Source: Neocallimastix sp. 'constans'
Lineage: Eukaryota
Reading direction: 5' to 3'
Length of the DNA stretch: 43,459 nt
Assembly (NCBI GenBank): GCA_050613775.1
Contig: JBODTK010000133.1
Location: 434,001 to 477,459, forward strand
A program made the position numbers and the translations under genes. Below are positions 33,254 to 43,459 of this stretch, one piece after another (within the stretch, counting starts at the first letter, position 1; the number at the start of each line of letters is the position of its first letter). The notes below the pieces were generated by a model. The model saw only the letters and a list, made by a program, of their open reading frames with translations, searched no databases and was not told where the DNA came from.

Positions 33254-33586
33254 TGTTAAGGTTTTAGAGAATTAAATAAAAATAAAGTAAGAAACACAAA
33301 TTTTATTTATTTATTTATTATTTTTATTTATAAATTTATTTGATTTTATTTGATTTTATTTTATTTTATTTTATTTTATTTGATGATATTTAAAAATTAG
33401 TAGCAAAATTTACAACTATTTATACTTTTTTTTCAAGGCATAAAAGTTGTTCTTGCCACTAAATTACATTTTATTATTATTTTTCTTTTTATATATAAAA
33501 ACTATTAAATTTAAATTGATTTTTATAATCAATTATATAAAATTTAATTATAACAATATAAATAAAATACATTTATAATATTAATA

Positions 33587-33625
<39 letters not shown>

Positions 33626-34112
33626 CTATCTAAAATATTACTAATAAGAATTTATTTAATTGGCTAAAATTTTTATTACAATCTGTTAAAATATTCAAAT
33701 AAAAATAAAAATACTATTCTAATATAAAGGTTTTTAATAAAATAAAATATTTTTCAATATAAAATAAAACATTTCGATATAAAATTTTATAATAAAAGTT
33801 AAAATATAATATATAAATTTTTAATTATCAATATATAAAAATATTATTAATACAAATTTTCATTATTAATATAAAAATAAAAAAATAAGATTTATTATTA
33901 ATATTGTTAATATAAGTTTTAAATATATAAAAATATTACTATTAATATAAGATTTAATATAAAAATTATAAAGTTTAATATAATTTTTGATCTAATTTTT
34001 AATCTTTGAATTTAAAAATTTATTAAAGTACAAAAATAATAATGTACACATAATGTATTAGAAATAAATCGTAGATTTAATTAAGAATGCATTATTTAGT
34101 ACATTCTTATCA
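33254..34112 (-). repeat. A2 5' LTR (859 bp)
   Basis: TGATAAG...TTAACA in element sense; outer end 14 nt from tRNA-Ser. Confidence 0.96.
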
Positions 34113-34126
34113 AAATTTTAGAAGTG

Positions 34127-34208
34127 GTCAGTTTGTCCGAGTGGTTAAGGAGTCAGACTTGAAATCTGGTGGGCTCTGCCCGCGCAGGTTCAAACCCTGC
34201 AGCTGACG
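34127..34208 (+). tRNA. tRNA-Ser(TGA)
   Basis: Acceptor GTCAGTT/AGCTGAC, discriminator G, anticodon arm TCAGA-CTTGAAA-TCTGG, long variable arm GGGC-TCT-GCCC, T arm GCAGG-TTCAAAC-CCTGC. Confidence 0.97.
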
Positions 34209-34222
34209 AACTTCGCTTCATA

Positions 34223-34294
34223 GGGGTGTTAGCTCAGCGGTAGAGCAATTGACTGCAGATCAATAGGTCTTCGGTTCAAATCCGGAACGCCCCT
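34223..34294 (+). tRNA. tRNA-Cys(GCA)
   Basis: Acceptor GGGGTGT/ACGCCCC, discriminator T, anticodon arm ATTGA-CTGCAGA-TCAAT, T loop TTCAAAT. Confidence 0.97.
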
Positions 34295-34300
34295 ATATAA

Positions 34301-34311
34301 TTTTTATTTTT
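34301..34311 (+). terminator. Pol III oligo-T terminator
   Basis: TTTTTATTTTT 6 nt after tRNA-Cys. Confidence 0.75.
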
Positions 34312-34681
34312 AAAAAAATTATTATATAAATATATACATATTCATATTCATATCATTAATAATAATAAATGTGTTAAATACCATAGTTATGTGTTTAATT
34401 ACATTATACATGATAATACATTATTAAATTTAAAATATTTTTATTCAATAATATAATACAGGAATACAGGGTAACGTTAAATGTTACTAGTAATGTTAGG
34501 AAGATACTATAGAAAATAATTATAAATAACATGTAATGACGTATTCTTAAATGAATAAGGACTTTCTAAATGTAAAAGCAATAAAATAAATAAATAAACA
34601 TATAATAAAATATAAATAACATTTCTGATTTAAGTGTTATATTTAACAAAATGAATATCAATAAAAAAAATGAAAAATAAA

Positions 34682-34712
<31 letters not shown>

Positions 34713-35545
34713 CATATATATATACATATATTTTTATTATCTTTACTTCATCTCAGGGAACGTATCTCCCCTTCCATGGCATTCACTGAGCGAAAGACCA
34801 TCTTAATTCTCATAGTAGTGAAGGTCATGATAATATAAAAGAAAACAAAAAAAAAAAATTCAAGTATTATACAATGAATATCTTTTATTTTACATATTTT
34901 CATTTTTTCATATATTCACTATTTCTTTATGTATGAATCATTTATATATATAGTACTGTAATACTACCTTTATCATATTTATCATATTTTTTTTTTTTTT
35001 TTTTTTATTAATTCATTAAATATATTTCTATAGGAATTGATTCATTCCACCTCATAAACTTTTTTTTTTAAAAAAAATTTTTGTACATACTTTTAATATT
35101 TAATAATATCCTTTGCACTTTTTTTTATTAGTATTTTCAATGCTTCAACAATAATTATAGGATAAAGTATTATTAGACATCAAATAAAGAACCGAAAAAA
35201 AATTAAAACTGAGTTTTTTTTATAATTAAAACTATTCACTAACAATTTGAATTTTGAAATTTTTTTTTTTTTTCATTAGGTTGCAAACCCAATTGAAATA
35301 AAATATACTATAAATATATATATATATATATCGAAAGGAAAAAACACAGCAAAGAATTTATTTTTATTATTTTTTTTCTGTTTTTACTTCATTTTACTTC
35401 CAGATAATATTTTTTATTTCTCTTAGTTCAAGGGAGAGTTTAGTGACCTCTGAACTATCTATTTTATATAGATGTTAACTTTTTTATTTTATTTTATTAA
35501 TTTTTTTTTGAAATTATCTCTTTTCCTATCATAACACTATAATAC

Positions 35546-35729
35546 TTAAATACATTTTAAATTTTCTCTTTATATTCATTATATTATATTAACTTTTATT
35601 ATTTATTAAATACATTTTAAATTTTCTCTTTATATTCATTATATTATATTAACTTTTATTATTTATTAAATACATTTTAAATTTTCTCTTTATATTCATT
35701 ATATTATATTAACTTTTATTATTTATTAA
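35546..35729. repeat. 60-bp tandem repeat x3
   Basis: ttaaatacattttaaattttctctttatattcattatattatattaacttttattattta repeated three times. Confidence 0.9.
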
Positions 35730-35787
35730 GTTTTATTTATTAATATTTTAATTTTATTTTTTTTTTATTTTTTTTTTTTTATTTGAT

Positions 35788-35824
<37 letters not shown>

Positions 35825-35958
35825 TTTAATATATTAATAATGTATTTATGTATACAATATATTAATATTTTTTTAATAATAGGAAAGCAAAATGGAAGTG
35901 AATTTTCTTTCTAGTCAAAAGGAAAAAAAAAACAACTTTTTTTTCCTATTACAAGCCT

Positions 35959-35989
<31 letters not shown>

Positions 35990-36014
35990 TTGCAAAACCT
36001 ATATAGATTTATTC

Positions 36015-36165
<151 letters not shown>

Positions 36166-36189
36166 TTAGTTATTTTATTCAATCTGCAA

Positions 36190-36530
36190 AAAAAAAAAAA
36201 AAAAAAACATAGACTTGCACATATGGGTACCCATCTCCCATATGGCCATACAGTTATTAATTAACTGTAAGGTGATGAGTTATTGGCATACTGTATCAGC
36301 TTCGCCGCTCTCAATCGTCGTTACACACTGCCCGGAGATGCATTCCTAACGTTCCTACATATATCTCTAATGACCACGAGCATCAGAACGGAACCATTAA
36401 CTCCTCCCTAGTGGGTGTAATCATTGGCGATTGGAAATTTTACAATCATCAAGGTCTATGCTTCAATTCAAAGCGTAGTATCAGGGTTGGGTGAAATAAT
36501 CATCTGAGGGAAAGCCTTATGGACATCACG
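36190..36530 (-). mobile_element. 341-bp structured SINE-like insert with oligo-T tail and 13-bp flanking direct repeats
   Basis: ATTCAATCTGCAA at 36177-36189 and 36531-36543; A20 run at 36188-36207; GC-richer, no long ORF, nested helices. Confidence 0.6.
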
Positions 36531-36662
36531 ATTCAATCTGCAACTTTAACTGTATTTTATTATTTATTTTATTTTATTTTTATTTTTTAATAATAAATTT
36601 TAATAGGACTTTCTAATAGAGAATAAATTAATTTTTTTTTTATTTTTTAAAAAAAATTGTAT

Positions 36663-36758
<96 letters not shown>

Positions 36759-37642
36759 AGTAAAAGTTTTAACATATTTTTTATTTTAATTTCAAATAAA
36801 AAAATCATCTATATTGTTATATTTTATTTTAATATTAAATCTTTATAAAAAAAATAATAATAATAATAAAAAAGTATCCAATAGTAATTTTTGAATTAAT
36901 ATAAATAATATGAAATTTTTAATTAAATATTAAATTAAATTGTATTAATTATATTAATAATAACAAATAAATATTAAAAAAAATATATATATATATATTA
37001 TTTATATTATTATTTTTTTCAACTAGTAATTAATATTTCATAATAATAATTTATAATTAATGATAAAATAATAATTAAAAATAACAATAATAAAAACAAT
37101 TTATATAATGATTTAATAAAAGAATTAAAGGAAATAACTATACAAACAATAACTTTTATTTATATTTTCAAAAATAAAATAATAAATAAATAAAATAAAA
37201 TAAAATAAAAAGCATTACTAATACAAAATACAAATAAATTTTATTTTATTTTTATTATATTTTTATTATATATATTATTATTATTATTAATGTTAAAATG
37301 CATTATTTTTATTTTTATTATATATATATATATATATTATTATTATTATTATTGTTATTTATTATTATTAATGTTAAAAAGAGGTTATTTTTATTTTTTG
37401 TTTTTGTCTTTTGTTTATTTTTCATTATCACGTCATTTTTTTTCTAATTTTTTTTTTCTCGTAACCAATTTTTAAGACTATTTTAATTTTATTTTTATAT
37501 TTTTTTTTCCTTATTCATCATCAATTATTGATTAAAATTTTTATGGAATAAAGTAAAAAATAAAAAATGCTAATAATATTATTAATAAAATTAAAAGATT
37601 AAAAGATTAAAAATTTAAAGATTTAAAATTAAAAAATTAAAA

Positions 37643-37676
<34 letters not shown>

Positions 37677-38495
37677 AACTTTATTTTCAGTAATAATGAT
37701 TAACTCTACATATTTATATCTATCTATATATATATATATTTTAAATATATAAATATATAATTGTTAACTCAATGTTTTCTTTATTTAAAATCTTAATATA
37801 TATTTATTTACATACATTTAATATGGGGAAAAAATTTCTAATATTAATAAAAATAATAATATAAAATAATCTTAAATTTTTAATTTTTGGATAAAAATTA
37901 TAAAAAAAAAATAAAAAAAAAATATTGTAAAAATAAATATAAAATTTGAAATGTTTAAAAAAGAAAAAAACATACATAAAAATAAAAATAAATATATTTA
38001 AATAATCATGTCATTATTAAAAGACAATAAATAAATAAAATTAAAATGCATGGGTGTATATATAATAAATATATTTTTATATTTTTATGAATAAAAATTA
38101 CATAAACTTTAAAAAGAAAAAAATTTAAACTTTATATAAATATATAAAAATTGAAAAAAAAAAAATGAATAATAAATTTTTTTTTAATATATATATATAT
38201 AATAAAAAATATAAAAAAAATAAAAAAAAAAAAAGGGGAATTCTTGTATTGTTTAAATTTTTTCTGCATTAAAAGCTTACATAAAATATACTTATGTTAT
38301 ATTATATATAATAAATATAAATGATAAAAAAATATTATTGAAATTATGATATATATGTAAAAAATAATAATATTACTAATAAATAATATATATAATAAAC
38401 ATAATAGTTTTTAAAAAATGAAATAAAATGGAAAAATGCTCCACCATTATCAGCATAACCTTTCATATATATATTTATTATATTAATTTTATCAC

Positions 38496-38554
<59 letters not shown>

Positions 38555-38867
38555 TATTGATAATAATAATTTATATTTTATTTTATTTTAAATAAATTTA
38601 AATGATTATATTAGTAATCCTGGATAAAAGAATAAATAGAATATTGGATTTAATGTGCCATGTTTTTTTTTTTTTTTTTTTTTTTATAATATATATAAAT
38701 ATTATTAATTAATTTTTTTTTTTAATTCTATTATTTTATTTTTTACCAATAATTATTTATTTAATTATATTTTATTTTATTTTTACCATATATCATTTAT
38801 TTTTATTATTATTATTAATTTTTTTTTTTAATTTTTCATCTTATTTTATTTTTATCATTATTTATCA

Positions 38868-38873
<6 letters not shown>

Positions 38874-38918
<45 letters not shown>
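38874..38918. repeat. (ATT)n microsatellite
   Basis: Direct reading. Confidence 0.85.
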
Positions 38919-38921
<3 letters not shown>

Positions 38922-40106
38922 AGTAGTGATAGTAATATTATTTTTTTTTTTTTTTTTATTTTTACCATTATTTTTTATTTTTTTTACCTTAATTATTTAT
39001 AATTTTTCCCCCTTAAAATATATTTTTGTTTGTTTATTGTATCTATTAAATTAATAATTAATTTAGTATTATTTATTAATGGTCATTATTATTTATGATT
39101 ATTATTAATAATTATAATTAATAATTATTATTAATAAAGTTTAAACAAATTTATTATTTTATTTTTTATGTTATTTTATTTTATTTTTATTTTTATTATA
39201 AAAAAATAAAACTAATATTACTTTATAAAAAATGATAATAATAAAAAAATTTTTATAAGTTTTTTAATTTTAATTAATAATAAATTTGGAAATTAATCCT
39301 TACCCATCATGTAAATTCTGTTTTTCCTTTTTTCCTTCTTTCTTATTCTTTTTTTTTTTTTTTCTATAAATTAAAATTTATATGTATCTATATATATATA
39401 TAATTATAAAAAAATTAATAATTAATAATTAAATATAAAAATTAAAATAAAATTTAAATACATATAAAAATTAAAAATTAAAAAATTAATATAAATACTT
39501 TCAGATCTTTTTTTTTTTTTTTTTTTTTAATAATATTATTATTATTTATCTAATTTATTTACATAAAGAAAAAAATATTAAATTTTTTTTAGTGAATAAT
39601 ATATATATATATATTTTAAATATAAATTTTTACAAAGGTAAATAATTTTATTAATATTATAAACATTGTTATAATATGAAGGAAATAAAAAAAATAGTAA
39701 TAAAAGAATATGTAATAAGTAGTCATATTATATATTTATAAATTATTATATTATTAAAATAAATAAGAGAGAAAAAAATATAAAAATAGCAATATTAAAT
39801 AAAACAAAATACTAAAAAAGATATTAACAATAATAAAACTATTTTGATACTTCAAATTCAATTCAAAAGTAATTCAAAATAGTTTTTTTAAAAAAAAAAT
39901 AATAAATAAAATATTTAATAATAAAACAAAATTTAATTTAATTGTTTAGTATTCTTATTATTATTTATAAAAAATAATTAAAAAAAAAAAAAATCTTCAA
40001 ATAAATTAATTTATATATATATATAATTATTATTGCTATTATTTTTTCATCATTTGTTCACCAATTCTATTAATAAAAAAAAATATAATAAAAAATAAAA
40101 AAATAA

Positions 40107-42641
<2,535 letters not shown>

Positions 42642-42864
42642 AAAAAAATAAAATAAATAAAGAAAAAAAAATTTTAGAGTTTTTTGAATAAATGATTTAA
42701 AAATTTTTTTAATAATAATAATAAAAAATAGATACTACTTACTTTTGATAAAATAAAAAATTTTTATGTATAAAACTAAATAATTATTAACTGAAAAAAA
42801 AAATAAATAAACAAATAAATAAATAAATAAAAATAAAATACAAATAAAAATAAAAAAAAAAAAA

Positions 42865-42906
<42 letters not shown>

Positions 42907-43099
42907 ATGATGATGATGATATTAACAAAAAATATATATATTTTGTTAAAAAAAAAAATTAAAATTATTACTCTTGAATAGTTTTGTGTCATTAAAAATA
43001 TTAAAGTAGAATAAATATAAAAATATATAATATATTTAATAAATTCTTAATTGTCTATCTTTTTAACATTTTTAATTATAATATTAAAACCAAAATCAA

Positions 43100-43178
43100 A
43101 ACCAAAAAAAAAAAAAAAAAATCCATTAATATCATTAATATGATATTAATGGATTTTTTTTTTTTTTTTTTTTTGGTT
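43100..43178. repeat. Long near-perfect inverted repeat
   Basis: AACC-A18-TCCATTAATATCAT-taat-ATGATATTAATGGA-T21-GGTT. Confidence 0.85.
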
Positions 43179-43459
43179 ACTGCGGCTCTTCTTCAATCGA
43201 TTATACCTATTGCTATTGGCCAGCAATGGTTTTTTGTTCAATAGGTTCAAATCGAATCATACTACTACTACCAAGAGCGTCAATGCTGAAGAAACAGTAA
43301 GACAGGCCAGCAGGGCTAGCGCAACTAATGAAGATCATAATTTTGTATCTTAAAATTATGATTAACATTGTGAAGTCAAAATTAATTATTATACTACAGT
43401 ATAATAATGCCCTTGTGAAGTCTTACAGATATTAATTAAATGAAACTAGAATATTTTAT

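Larger units (their letters stand above)
26080..34112 (-). mobile_element. Ty3/Gypsy family A copy 2 (A2), full-length and apparently intact
   Basis: LTRs 26080-26939 and 33254-34112; 4-bp TSD AAAT at 26076-26079 and 34113-34116; uninterrupted gag and pol. Confidence 0.97.

Noticed and set aside
36190..36530. SRP RNA, RNase P/MRP, U3 or telomerase RNA identity for the structured insert
   Set aside because: No SRP helix-8 motif, P4 strands in the required order or U3 boxes seen; CCAACCCTGA is not a clean telomeric template. An Rfam search is still needed.

Overview
Extremely AT-rich, intron-containing eukaryotic DNA. It is most consistent with an anaerobic gut fungus (Neocallimastigomycota), but that is inferred from composition and a fungal-type thioredoxin reductase, not proven. 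Bases 1-34112 are a stack of five Ty3/Gypsy retrotransposons from four families: A1 (-, runs off the left edge, to 6392), B (+, 6397-12608), C (+, 12611-26071), D (+, 18996-26022, nested in C's 3' LTR) and A2 (-, 26080-34112, apparently intact). Removing them via their target-site duplications places A2, C and B, and possibly A1, 14-18 nt upstream of a tRNA-Ser(TGA) gene (34127-34208) that is followed 14 nt later by tRNA-Cys(GCA). The rest is AT-rich intergenic DNA with microsatellites, a 341-bp structured insert flanked by 13-bp direct repeats, and an 8-exon thioredoxin reductase gene (40122-42641). The most novel-looking signals are: (1) a ~155-nt structured RNA motif with compensatory base changes shared by the 5' leaders of the otherwise dissimilar families A and C, followed in both by arrays of UAAAGAU; (2) element B, whose visible ends are 44-bp inverted hairpin repeats in flip/flop form instead of direct LTRs; (3) apparent tRNA-gene targeting by several lineages; (4) Tf1-type self-priming signals in C and D. 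All structures were folded by eye; no searches were run.
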